This document shows, piece after piece, positions 23,358-36,529 of a DNA stretch of 64,000 nucleotides. The notes beneath the pieces were generated by a model. The model did not search any database, was not told where the DNA came from, and saw only the letters and a program-made list of their open reading frames with translations. Numbering within the stretch: the first letter of the stretch is position 1; each line of letters opens with the position of its first letter. Position numbers and translations under genes: made by a program. Where the stretch lies: assembly GCA_051362555.1 (NCBI GenBank), contig CM120647.1:19506651-19570650 (forward strand). The letters run 5' to 3'. The DNA is from Lingula anatina. Lineage: Eukaryota > Animalia > Brachiopoda.

Positions 23358-25509
23358 GTTCCTTCATCGTGGATTGTTACCATTGCAGGCAAGTGTGAAC
23401 GCTTGTAAAGTTAGTTATCTTTTCTCGATCAAATAACCTGCAGTAATTCATCATTTTGCTCGGTTAATTATCAAAGGAAATACAGAAAACGAAAAGTGAA
23501 CTACTGACATGGCTTGTTCATGCGCAGCAGACGATTCCGGTCTCCCTCCAGAATGGCTGCTGTTTGTTTTGATGACGCAGGCTCTAATGGGTCAATAGCC
23601 TACTTATCAAAACTGCAAATTAACTTAAGGATACTGTGAGCGTTTGCCATAAACGCTTTATTTACTGCCTTACATACATTTACACGTATTCTTTTGGATG
23701 ACAGATAAATCATCAGTGTTTTTGAGTAAATAAATTAACATTTACACACTTAGGCATCTTACAGGTGACGTACGTCATAATTGCGATTTTGGGGTAAAAA
23801 TGGAAAAATGAATTGGTTTCTCAAATTTCTCTTTTATCTGAGAACCCACGAACACCGTTTCAACGCCAATGTAATGACACCAATGCCATGAGGTACATGT
23901 AGGCGTAAATTACTGTGCCACGATCAAAAGTTGATAAGCGCGTGTGCTTTTATCATATAGCCTAAATGCGCTTTTGTTGAAAGGAGGCCAAATTCCGACA
24001 AAGATTGAAACTGAGGGAACTTTTCACATTACGTCTTTTTTTCGTATTCAAAAAGAATCTGGAAGAGACAGTGACATGGACGATATAGGGAGGATGTGGT
24101 GTGTTAGCCTTTGTCTGTTTTTCCTCTTCGTGAATGAAACTTCAGGCCTAACAAGGTGAATGATTTTTTTATTAGTGTCTAATTGTTTATTGTACCCTGC
24201 AGCGTCTTATAAGGGTTCGATGGCTATTTAATATTTGATTGTTTGATGCTGCGTTCTATTAGAAATTTTTATCGCATCAGCAACATACATAGAAGATTAC
24301 ACTCACTCATTTGGTAAGGCGCAAGATAAGTACGGGTAGTTGAGTTTAAAATCGTGGAAAATATTATAACCACAGCACTCAATGTTATTATATTTTATCT
24401 GGCACCTGCTTGTTGTCTGCAAACTTGCCAAAAATTATTCTGCAGACTGGGATGCTCTTATTAAAAAATAAATAGATTAATTAATTAATTAATTTATATA
24501 TATTGAGGAGACAAGTACGATAAGCTGCAACTTACCAGCATCTTCCCATTTCATGTTTTTTTATGCATTGGTTTATTAATTAATTTTTTCCGCATCTCTA
24601 CTTATCATAATTTACACATTACCTTATAATAACACATAATTCTGTTTTCAGCGCAACATTTTATATTTCCAGCCCCTCCACTTGTTCCAAGCAAAGCAAA
24701 ACCGTTCCCGTTTACAAACAAGTTACTAGATCAACCTTGCAATCATATAAATGTGGTACTTGGGGATGGCACAGATGCTATGGAAAGAAGTAGGTTTGAG
24801 TCATATTTTAATACTATACGCTTACATTTCCCTATTCTTATAACTAGATCTTATCCATATCTGAACTGATAATGCTTCTGGTGAAGTACCTCAGCAATAT
24901 ATATATATATATATATATATAATTTCAAACACACAATTTATCGAACTGCGTACAATACAGCAAGTTTCAATTCAGGGACAATTCAGACGGACTGCAAGAA
25001 TATGATGTACACATTTATCAAAATATTTTGTACAACCGTGGACTACACGACTTGTATATCTTTCTTCCCCCCAGGTATGTGACAGAATTCTATACAGTGA
25101 CTCAATACTACACTCCCTCTCACTGCTGCTCCGCCAAAACTGCACCTGGAACAAATTGCACTAGACGTAAGTTAATTTATTCAATAAACTTTATTTATTC
25201 AGTGTAAATACATGGTTAATATAATTTTTTATTTTCCCCATGGTCCTCATAATGCTTAAGTGAATTAAACGTGCTGGGTATGTCACTGATTTTTTAAAAA
25301 TTATTTTCAGAGTTAAGCGAAACGCACTTGACTTTTTTATTTCAATATGATAGTGACGACACAAGACATGATATTCTTGAGAACAGGTTAACATGCATGT
25401 ACAGTATGAAGCAAATTTATCTTAAGGTTGTACGGAGAATATATAACGGTTCAGTTCCCAGCAAGTTCTCAAAGTTCACTTAGAAATAAGTAACCCCAAA
25501 GCACCTAAA

Positions 25510-26130
25510 TCCAATTACTTATAAACCATAGAGGTCTAGAATAAAAGAGTGCCCGTTAAATCACTTTAATGAGGTGATGTGTCAAGGCGAACACAAAAGC
25601 ACAGTACACATTGGGTTAGGGGCAACCCTGGCCAAGTCACGATAAGCGCCATAATAGCACGCTCTCTACACCCCTGGGGTGAAATGTTACCTGTTTTTCC
25701 GTAGGCTTAATCGATTGGTCGGTTTTATTTTTCTTCCCGCTTCCTTTCTCCAAACTCTTTATCCATATCATTATAAACAAACATAATATACGTACGAAAT
25801 GAATGGAGTTCGAAGAAAGACACAGTTTATACTTTGCCTTTAAAGGTTTTAGCCTTAATGATTAAACTGAAATAGTTACAAATTTATTGCGACACATGGT
25901 TTAAAAGTTCATCTGTTTTAACTGGAGAAAACGCGTTTCCTACGATATTAGTAAATGGTTGGTCGGTTTTATTTTTCTTCCTGCTTCAAACATTTATCGC
26001 AATGTCTTAATTAAGATATTCATTACTTCTTCAAATGTTTAGAATAGAATATCTGCATGTATTTACGCTTTCTGTGAAAAGAGAATAAATTGTCGTGTCG
26101 AATGTCAATTTTCGCTATAAACATCGCGTC
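25510..26130 (+). promoter_or_regulatory. Conserved promoter of paralog A
   Basis: TATAAA near 26116, two copies of ttggtcggttttatttttcttcc (about 25713 and 25957) and acccctggggtgaaatgtta. Matching blocks occur upstream of paralogs B and C. Confidence 0.65.
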
Positions 26131-26173
26131 TCTCGTGTTCAAAATCAGATGGTGGTAGGAAGATACCTCAGCA

Positions 26174-27293
26174 ATGTTTCTTGTTCTGGTATCAGTCGTG
26201 CTGTTGCACGGAATCGTCCTTTCGCATTTGACCTGCGCTTCCCCATGTGATAAGTACGAGGTGTTTTATAAAAAGAATAGGCACATAACATACACAGCTC
26301 CTTGGCACGAGACTCTCCTGTGCGACAAGAGTTTAAACACGGCCACATGGTTCCGGTTCATTGGACCAGCTGGAGATCGGCTTGCCGACAACACTCGCAT
26401 TCCTTTAACCTTACAGTGTTCAACTGCTGGACCACTTTACTTGGCGGCAGAACATCCCGACGACCCTGATCCCACTGTTAAATCCCAATGCAACGTCTCA
26501 GCATCTGGTAACGCTTATGATCTGTGTGCAAGTTACGGTACAACAGACTGCGATGTCAAGTTGAAGATTGATATCCACCAGTGCTGTGTTCCCGGTGAAA
26601 CGTTCTTTGTGTACAAGTTGAAGAAACCTATAGATGAATGTCCATTGGCTTTGTGCGGTGCAGGTCAGTCTTCTATACATACTTGCATTATCAGATTTTA
26701 ATACTTAGATTAAAGCCATACAAATGGAGGTTCATGTTGACGAGTATGTTTGATATAAGAGTGTTAGATAAATCTGTCCTACTTAGTGCCATCGTTGTTT
26801 TGGTAGAAAGTTGTGTAATTTGATATTTATTTGTAATTTAGAGAAGTTTCGCAAACGACGAAGTGCGAAGGACAATTCACACATTTCGAAACAATGCAAG
26901 TACCAATCAAGTCCGTGTTAATAATTATTCATACATTATTTGATGAAGCAATCCGAATCTTTTCGACTTAGAATACAAAAGCGAATAGCCGAGAAGGAAT
27001 TCAAAATTTTAACATATGAAACGGCATTATATCTTGTAAATATGAATGAAAACAAAAAACGGTTCCTATAATTTTGTTGATATATAACAGAAACTACTTC
27101 TAAAAATGCATCGCAGGCCCGTGGCAGAGTGTTCGGAGGTTTTGAAAGAACATTTTTTCATCTATACCTCCAATCACCATCCACACCTTGTTCAAAATTA
27201 TCGAGCGGATATTGAATGTAATGTGATGACAAACTGTAGTGTTGCGTTCTCAATCTCAGTAACCGCTTAAGCTTCTGTCAAAAAATAAATAAA

Positions 27294-27366
<73 letters not shown>

Positions 27367-30300
27367 TGGACAATAGAAGTGTCACCCCTACTGAACCAAT
27401 ACTATGCGGGAGATAAATGACTGTGGAATGATATGCTCCTGGTATCATTTTATTAACATCAAATTTCACAAAAAAATCACAAAATGAGAACAAAATATAC
27501 ATTCTACCAAAATATGCAGTTTCAAGTCCAAAATTAGTACTTAGTGGCATAGCCACGTGACCTAATAATAGGTGCCAGTCTACGAGGCAAGGATTCATAT
27601 AATTATCTGTTGCGTTTCAGGGTTTATGCTGGCCCAAGCATGAAACACTGAATATAACAGAGTTTCTCTGCTGGTAAGACGGGCATTTGTCAGAAGTTTT
27701 GACATATCATTCCACACATTTTCTATTATTTTTGCATCCGGACTGTGGGCAGGTCACATCACCCTGCGAATGTCCTGTTGGCCAAACCAATCATTTACTG
27801 CTCTGGGCCTGTGACAAGGAGCATTGTCATCCTGGTGAACAAATGGATAATTCCTGTTACCAAACATGTAAGTAATAGATGGTAGCAAGCCTGACTCCAA
27901 AACATCGATATATTTCTAGTGATTCATGTTTCCATCAACCACTATCAATTCGCCCACGCCATGGATGCTGATTCAGCCCCACACCATGATAAATATGCTG
28001 CTCCGGGTTTGAAAATTCAGTGCATGGGGTGCAAATACTTTACCAGCAGTTCGACAGCATCGTACCCGTCTGTCATCAGAGGTCAGACCAAAGCGACACT
28101 CATAAGAAAAAAAATATATAGGACCAATTGTCATGGACGGTCCATTTCCAGATCCTATTGACCCTAGTTCACTCTACGTTGCCTGTTTTGTAACGATATA
28201 AGAGGTTTTAGTCTTGCTACCCTGCTGTACACTCTATGAGCATGTAACCGACGCCTAGCAATTTTCACAGACCCATTCTTATGTGTGAAATTGTTCCACT
28301 GTGTTGTCAACTGACAAGCAGTGTCGAACTTTGACAACCTGGACATCAAAATCAGTCGTCGGTCTTCACGGCCAGTAGTTTTTCTTGGACGACCCATCAG
28401 AGGCAATTTGTCTCTTGATCCAGTGTTTTTTATACCGAGACCAGACCCTCTGCACGGTTCTGACTGACGATTCAATTGTATCGATATTCTGACATTGCTT
28501 ATATTCCGCCTCTTCAGGTTAATAACTTGACACCTATAACCGTTATATAATTGCCTGTATCTTGCCATATTGGAGGAAGACAGGAATAACATTTGTTGTA
28601 CATGTACAAGACCAACAATACAATTCCATAGTATAGCGGTTTTATACTCATTAGTCACATTATAAGTAGACCAGGCATAATAACTACCCAAGATTTGCCT
28701 ACTTTGATTACTCTGATTTGGGGGGTGACACTTCTATTGTCCAGTGTGTGTAGAGAGTTTTACAACCGTAGATGAGTTAGAGTTTAGCTTGAAGTTTGTA
28801 CAAGAAGATTTTTAGTTGGGAGGAAGACATAAAGAGAAACAAAATTTACAACTGATGGTGGTAACATTTTTATTCATTTTATATCTCCGATTGTGATTCG
28901 AAATAAAAACTATAACACCGGCGGCAAGCAGTTAAATTAAGAAACACAACAGTAGTTCTCAATTCATAGTTTGCACATCGTCGTTTGCAAAATCTCCCTA
29001 ATGCATTTTTTCCCTGATTGTTATGAAATCGGCGATCACGCCACCAGTCAGTTAAATCAAAGAGAAGAACATAATCGATGCTTATGATATAATAATGTAT
29101 TTTGTTATTATAGGAAAAAAGCAGCCTTTGTGTCCGATTGGGACTATTCCAGATGGATCCAAATGCATCTGTATGTATTGTAATTTCTAGTTTGGAAAGT
29201 ACTACAAAGTAAATACTAATAATATTTGGCTCTCATGGCCTCTGGACATGTGAGGGTTAATAGCAGAAGTTTGAAGTTGCATTTTTGTGCCATTTTCAAA
29301 CGTCAATTTCATGCTGACGTATGATTGAAACAAACAAAGCCTAGGTCACATTTGCCATACTATAGGCGTTTCTTTCTCTTTCAGTATTATGTCATTGCAG
29401 GATATTGACTGTGATGGTCATTCACAAGTCCCTTTCTTTTGATGATCTCAGAATTGTTACACGTACTGGACACACCCATATATAGACCTAAACTCTTGGC
29501 ATAGCCGACACGTGGTCTTTCTCTGCATCTCTATCCTTTTATTTCCCCTAAGACTGCTAAATACTCAAAATCTCCTTTCCTCATCGCGTGTCAAAAAAGG
29601 ACTTCTTTATTTGTTGCTGATATGTTCTCTCCACGATATGCTTACAGCATCCTTCTCACGCGCGACAACTGCACTGGGATTGAAACTCAGACATGAGCTT
29701 AAAGTAGGCCTACAACAACTGTCTTTATACTTCCGAAAATGAATTTTTTATGATTGCTATAGCCCCTGTTAAGTTTTGCATACAAGAGACTACTTTTGTG
29801 AATGTTGTATTAAACTGACCAAGAGTAAAATAATGTATCTCAAAGTCAAATGTGCATCTTGATCGAGTAACTTGCGAGACTTTTCGAGACGTTGTGCCAT
29901 TTGCCGGCCGTGCATGGAGCTGGAAGCTAACAAATTTGGAACTTAAAAAAAAGAAAGAAAAAGAAAATATTTTTGATATGTTTTTACCTAAAACGCTACT
30001 GAAATGTGTCATCTGAGCACACTCATATTATATATGTTTTTTTACCGCAAATTAAAAAATACATCGAACTCTTTTTAATGACATGCATGTAAAAGTCACA
30101 ATCTTTTATTTATGTAACACAGGTACAGTCTACCTTTGAGTAAAACTAAAATTAATTAACTTAGGCGTAGCTTTTTTTCTTTGCCGCCTTTGTAAATCAC
30201 CACCTTTTGCAACGGCTGATAATGGTCAAAGTTGTGTCATCCCGCTGCCTTGACTTATCTCTGTTTTTGGTTGTTAATGGTAGGCCTACTGGTCCAGAGA

Positions 30301-31253
30301 AGGGAAATGACTCATCCATGGAAACCAACATAATCACATTCGTGTATTCGTCGCACACATTTGACCTACATGTATATACTTATGACAAAACAAAATTTAT
30401 TTATAATAAACATGTTGTAATAGCCTTTAATTGGTTTGAAAATGAAAGTGAATGGAATGAAATTGATTTAGTTTTATAGTTGCTATTCAGATAAAAGTTA
30501 AGGTAATCTGAAATTCAATTTACAACATTAAATTACAGGTACTGTATGGCGCATGGTTTGCTATCATAGGTGTTGCAGTTATGACTGTAGCCACCGGAAA
30601 GAGATTAAATATATAAACTGTATATTTTTTAATGTATTTCTACAAGAAAACAGGTTAAATCGCAGTAACTAGAAGCTGGTGACCGTGCTGACGTATTTTG
30701 TTAAAAGACAAACCATGATATTATAACGACTGCATTGCTCTGCGTATTTCCTACAAATGAATATTATGAAGTTAAGCATGCAAATAGGTCTAGGGATTTC
30801 ATGTGCTCGTGATTATCGTTATCAGTACTAACTCATTGTACACTTTTTAGTCTAGTTTTAAGTTAGCTCTTCATTTCAGCACGTTTTCCGACCATGTTAG
30901 ACGCACCTAGGATAACGGGACCTCACATTGACGGGAATAACTTTACTTTCAAATGTGAAATAAAACCAGATGTAAATAAAGATACCATCACAAAAGCAAA
31001 CTATGAAGTACAGTTCTTGTTTGATGGTTCCTATGCAACTAATGCTGTGGATCCTGCCAACCATACGAATGGATTCAAGGCGACACTGAATCAGATGGAC
31101 ATTGAAGGAAAACTGGGAAAACGCGTATGTTTAAATTATTATGGACATACTTAAGTTTAAAGCAGCACTTCATATTGCTTGGACTGCAAACTAGTACATG
31201 TAATTATGTAGATCTTTTGGTCCATTTGTTCCCAAACGTATGAGCACAAGTGT

Positions 31254-31290
<37 letters not shown>

Positions 31291-33621
31291 ATTGTCAAAT
31301 ATGAATTATCAAGAATTCCACTGCATGTGAGCATTTCCATGTAAATCTATCTGATATGTCTGTTCTAAAATAACAAGTTAGTTTAAATATTTTAGATAAC
31401 ATGCAGAGCACAAGGTTTCTGGAAGAAAAAACCTCCCGGGGGCGGTTATATGCACAGCAGTAACTGGTACTGGGCCGGAATTCAAGTAAGATTTGTTTAA
31501 TGCTTATGTTACATCACATAGAAATGGTAAGCAAATCTTCATTCCATGGACCTTAAATATCTGCAAACATATCTACTGAGGAATCATAAAAGAATTCACT
31601 TTCCTTCTTGTAATTTTAAAGGCCTACCAAGTACTAGAAAATGGAACCAGGACCCGGGTTTGGGCTATACACTTGGACAAAGAACGCCCGGCACCGTTTG
31701 AAATCGAGCTGCATTCCACTCTGCCAATATTATTTGGGTCACACAGAGACTCCGTCGTTCAAGCATTCATTAACCGACATTTGCCGCCCCCTCAGCCGCC
31801 GAAGTTACAAGTAGCTATAGAGACAAGAATCAATGATTTTTCCGTAAGAGGTGGTTCAGACACGGCAACCTGTTCTGTCAGTCTTTTTGAAGGAGATTGG
31901 AATAAGGCTCAAGCCGGTGCAACTGTTTCAAACACCACGCTCAAAGTAGTCCCCATAATCGACAAGCTGCATGATAAAAAAAGGAACTCGAGGAAACGGT
32001 ATCTTTCCTTGCGAACCGACAACTTTGGATTTGCATCAATTTGGAAAAATTATCGCATAGCTGATATCCCGGTATGTTTACTGTTGATTATTTTATTTAT
32101 TTATTTACATAAATACAGTATCTCAGAAAAGTTTTTTTTTCGCCCGTCTTCAGCCAAAATTGTTCGTTTCTGATTGTTTATAGAATTCAGCTCGTTCAGA
32201 TTGTCATTACTATTTTAATATCATTACCCATTGTGCACCTTATATTTGTTTTTTTATGCAAGCGAGAGTAGTTGAGTATTCTCAATATCTGAAATCATGC
32301 CCTTAATCACTCTGTGCCTGTTTTAATCCTTATCTTCATTATTCCCCCTCTCTCAGACCATCAGTGTTTTATGTATATTACAACATTACAACATTCAAAA
32401 TATATTGTGATAGGTATATATTGCGGACCACAACCCAAAAAGTTGCATCTCATGGGGAGATCCACATATTATCACTTATGACAATTATGAGTAAGTACAA
32501 AGATCCATGTACATTAAAGTGAAATGTGTTAGACAAAGCAATATATGGAATAACAAAAATGATGATTTTAAAATGTATACGGCACTAAAAGAGAAAATGA
32601 CATATGTTATGTAAAATATTTCTCAACCCAGCATGTAAAGTAGATATATAAAATTGTATCAAACGGTTAACTTTTAACTGTATGAGAATATTCATAGTTT
32701 GGCTTAGTGTGTCAAGATCATGGCCTAGAATGCTGCATTGTAACATTACTCTTTCCAGGGATCTCCATTTATTTGAAAAAGGAGAATACATAATGACAAA
32801 GTTAGTGACTAATTTCCTGTTTTTTGAGGTATTTGTGATTTCTTACAGTATGTATCTAAACGTTTTAAATATTCGTGAACTTATGTTATTACAATTCGTC
32901 GTCAACAAGGAACAATGCGCATTCGCCCCTCATATAATTTGGTAGCAGGTGGATGCGTTTTATTTATAACAGAGGGCATGGTCGAAAAGAGATCGCAATA
33001 CGTTCGCACAATTGGGAGAACCGACCATCTCATATCTCTAAAGGCTTATGGCGACTAAGACAGATTATTTTCAGTTTTAATGACGCTGTTACTAAGTCTA
33101 ATGTAGCCTCATCTTGAAATCATACTGATTACACCTTTTTAATATTGACTAAGAGTTATTTTAAAACTTAAGATGGTTCAAGCCCAATAAGCTAACAAGT
33201 ATCAGCAGATCTAAAATACCAATCTGCGTCACAAAGCTAAGAGGTGCGACAAAACAGGAGTAAGACATTTGGCAGTTATATTCAAATCATCCTGCAATAC
33301 ATATGATGCATTTATTTATACTGAATACATATAATCCTTGTTGTGATGGTGATATTTCAATAAAGTGATCGTTTTAGCCTTCTCACTGCATCGTAGGTAA
33401 GGGCAAGGACTTGGCACTGTAACTTCCCAAACCGCGTAACCTGCAACTGCGCAGTGGCCGCCAGAGAAGGAAACGACATATTCATTGTGGACAAGTGTAA
33501 CAGCCATGGTATACCACGTGTGTGGTACCGGACACCTGTATGCGGAGAGATGTGCCCCATGCCTGGGAACTACATAAGGACATTTAAAAATGGAAATAAG
33601 TACAAGGTGCGTATAAAGTGG

Positions 33622-33686
<65 letters not shown>

Positions 33687-36487
33687 GAGCTATTATCAAT
33701 GGGTAGAGAGGTAAAACACAATTCAGTTTCGTTAAAAATATGTCGATTATACACACATTTTTTTTATATTTTAAATCCCTTCATGCTTTCAATTGATTAT
33801 TGTACCACCAGCGTAGGCGCTGGCGATACACATGGTTTTAGTCCCGACCCGTATGTTCCGCCGGCTCCGCCGGCTCCTGCGGCTCCGCCGCCAAGTCACC
33901 GTTACCGCTTCTCCTCCTAGACTACTAAGGCCTACGAACCCATCTCTTGGATTTAGGTCACCTATAATCTCAACTCGTTCCATGTAAAATTTGGGCTTTG
34001 TCGGTGCTGGGGTCTAGGTGCGACACTCATTGCAATGCACCCTTGTCCAAAAATGGCAAAATTAAATGCTAATTATCTACCCTATGAAAGGAATTATGGG
34101 AAAAATTCCTACAGACAGCTATCCGAAAGTCATATGTCGAGATTTCAAGTGTGCCCTTGGATTTGACCTTTGACCTTTATTTCAAGGTCAAACGGGCCAA
34201 AATTTTCAAAAAAAAGGGAATATTTTACGAAAAAAAAATTATTTGCGCTGATATTCAGAAACTACACAGACTTAACCAATAATATTGTTAGAAAGTGTTA
34301 CCCTTTGGGTCATCTTTCATCTCCGTGAATTTGGGGTCAATCGGTGCATTTTCACGGGAGTAGCAGCCACAAGATACCGAAACTGAAAACTGTCTCTAAT
34401 TCGGGAACCGTTAATGCTAGAGACCCATTCTTTTTTGCATTTTGTAGAGCGTGTAAAGCCCAACACTGAAAGTGGTCTCCGTTTTTTTGCATTCCATACG
34501 GTTTTCGAGTTATACTGTTTCAAAAAGTACATTGTGGTGGTGAAAGCAAAATGTGCAATACGGTAATGGATAATAAATTTTGAACTCCGGGAAAGTAAAA
34601 CATAAGGCTCGGCGAGGCAGACAACTTCTGGTCAAAAATGACATTATTTCATGAAATTTGAACATCTGGAACTTCTGAGCACCTCCCATTTCAAGAATTT
34701 CAACCGAAATGACCTATTCTTTATTTTAATTAATTTTTTTCTGAAGATATCTCCAAAACTGGCAAAGAAATGCCCATAGTTACTTCTGAACTTGAATAGG
34801 AAGTCATATACTGGCAATCTAACTGTGACCTTAACATTGACCTTTGACCTACTTTTCACCCTAAACTGAACTTTGCAAATTTCCGTTCCCTTTTATCTCC
34901 AAAATTGGCAGAGATAGGCCATAGTTACTATAGAACTTGAATAGGAAGTCATACACTGGCAAATAAAGAGTGGCCTTGAAATTGACCTTTGACCTACTTT
35001 TTATTAGGAACTGAACTTTGCTAATTTCTTTCCCTTTTAACTCCAAACCTGGCAGAGATAGGTCCATAGTTACTATTGAACTTGAATAGGAAGTCATATA
35101 CTGGTAATCTTACTGTAACCTTGAAATTGACCTTTGACCTACTTTACACCATAAAGTTACTTTGCAACTTTTTTAATGCTTATACTTTCAAAACTGGCAA
35201 AGATACGTCCATAGTTACTATTGAATTTGAATAGAAAGTCATTAGAGGCCATTTACTGTGACCATAAAATTGACCTTTGACCTACTTTTCACCATGAACT
35301 GAACTTTGCAAATTTTCATTCCCTTAAATCTCTAAAACTGGCAGAGATAGGCCCATAGTTACTATTGAACTTGAATAGGAAGTCATATACTGGCAATATA
35401 AATGTGACCTTGAATTTGACCTTTGACCTACTTTTCATCATGAATTGAACTTTGCAAAATTTGGTTTCCTTTTATCTCCAAATCTTGCAGAGATAGGCCC
35501 CTGGTTACTATTGAATTTGAATAGAAAGTCATATACTGGCAATTTACTGTGACCTTAAAATTGACCTTTGGCCTACCTTTGACCATGAACTGAACTTTGC
35601 AAATTTTAATTCCCTTTTATCTCTAAAACTGGCAGAGATAGGCCCATAGTTACTATTGTATATGAATAGGAAGTCATATACTGGCAATCTAACTGTGACC
35701 TTAAAATTGACATTTGACCTACTTTTCACCATGAACTGAACTTTGCAAATTTTCATTCCCTTTTATCCCTAAAACTGGTAGAGATAGGTCCATAGTTACT
35801 ACTGAACTTGAATAGGAAGTCTTACACTGTCAATCTAAGTGTGACCTTGAATTTGACATTTGACCTACTTTTCATCATGAATTGAACTTTGCAAAATTTG
35901 GTTTCCTTTTATCTCCAAATCTGGCAGAGATAGGCCCATGGTTACTATTGAATTTGAATAGAAAGTCGTATACTGGCAATCTAAGTGTGACCTTAAAATT
36001 GACCTTTGACCTGTTTTTACCATGAACTGAACTTTGCAAATTTTCATTCCCTTTTATCTCTAAAACTGGTATAGATAGGTCCATAGTTACTATTGAACTT
36101 GAATAGGAACTGTGACCTTGAAATTTACCTTTGACCTACTTTTTTATGATGAACTGCTTTTTGCATGTTTTCTGGCCTTTAAATCTGCAAAATTGGCAAA
36201 GAAATGCCCATGGTTACTATTGAACTTGAATAGAAATTCATATACTATGATATTGAAATTGACCTTTGACCTACTTTTTTACCATGAACTTTGTCCCTGA
36301 TATCTTCAAAACTAGCAGAGATGTGCCCGGTGTTGCCGCTAGGTTTTCTCATTTGTCAGCATATATGCACCACTGACAATACATATCAAGGAAAACGAAT
36401 AGGCTTTTTGTCTAGAAAATCACAGGAGTGATCAATCGTAGGAAAATGCAGGTCAATTCGAAAATCTGTTTGATTATACCATTTTTA

Positions 36488-36529
<42 letters not shown>

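Larger units (their letters stand above)
14129..23591. mobile_element. Non-autonomous piggyBac-like element, copy 2, interrupted by the Gypsy element
   Basis: Diverged colinear homologue of 11512-14118. Starts TTAA|CCCATTACAGTGACGTC and ends AATGGG|TCAA. Homology to copy 1 resumes immediately after the 3' LTR. Confidence 0.75.

Noticed and set aside
33618-36300. Pro-rich ORF and repeated RLPVYDFLF ORFs
   Set aside because: They are translations of microsatellite and satellite units, and a 145-bp unit does not preserve frame.
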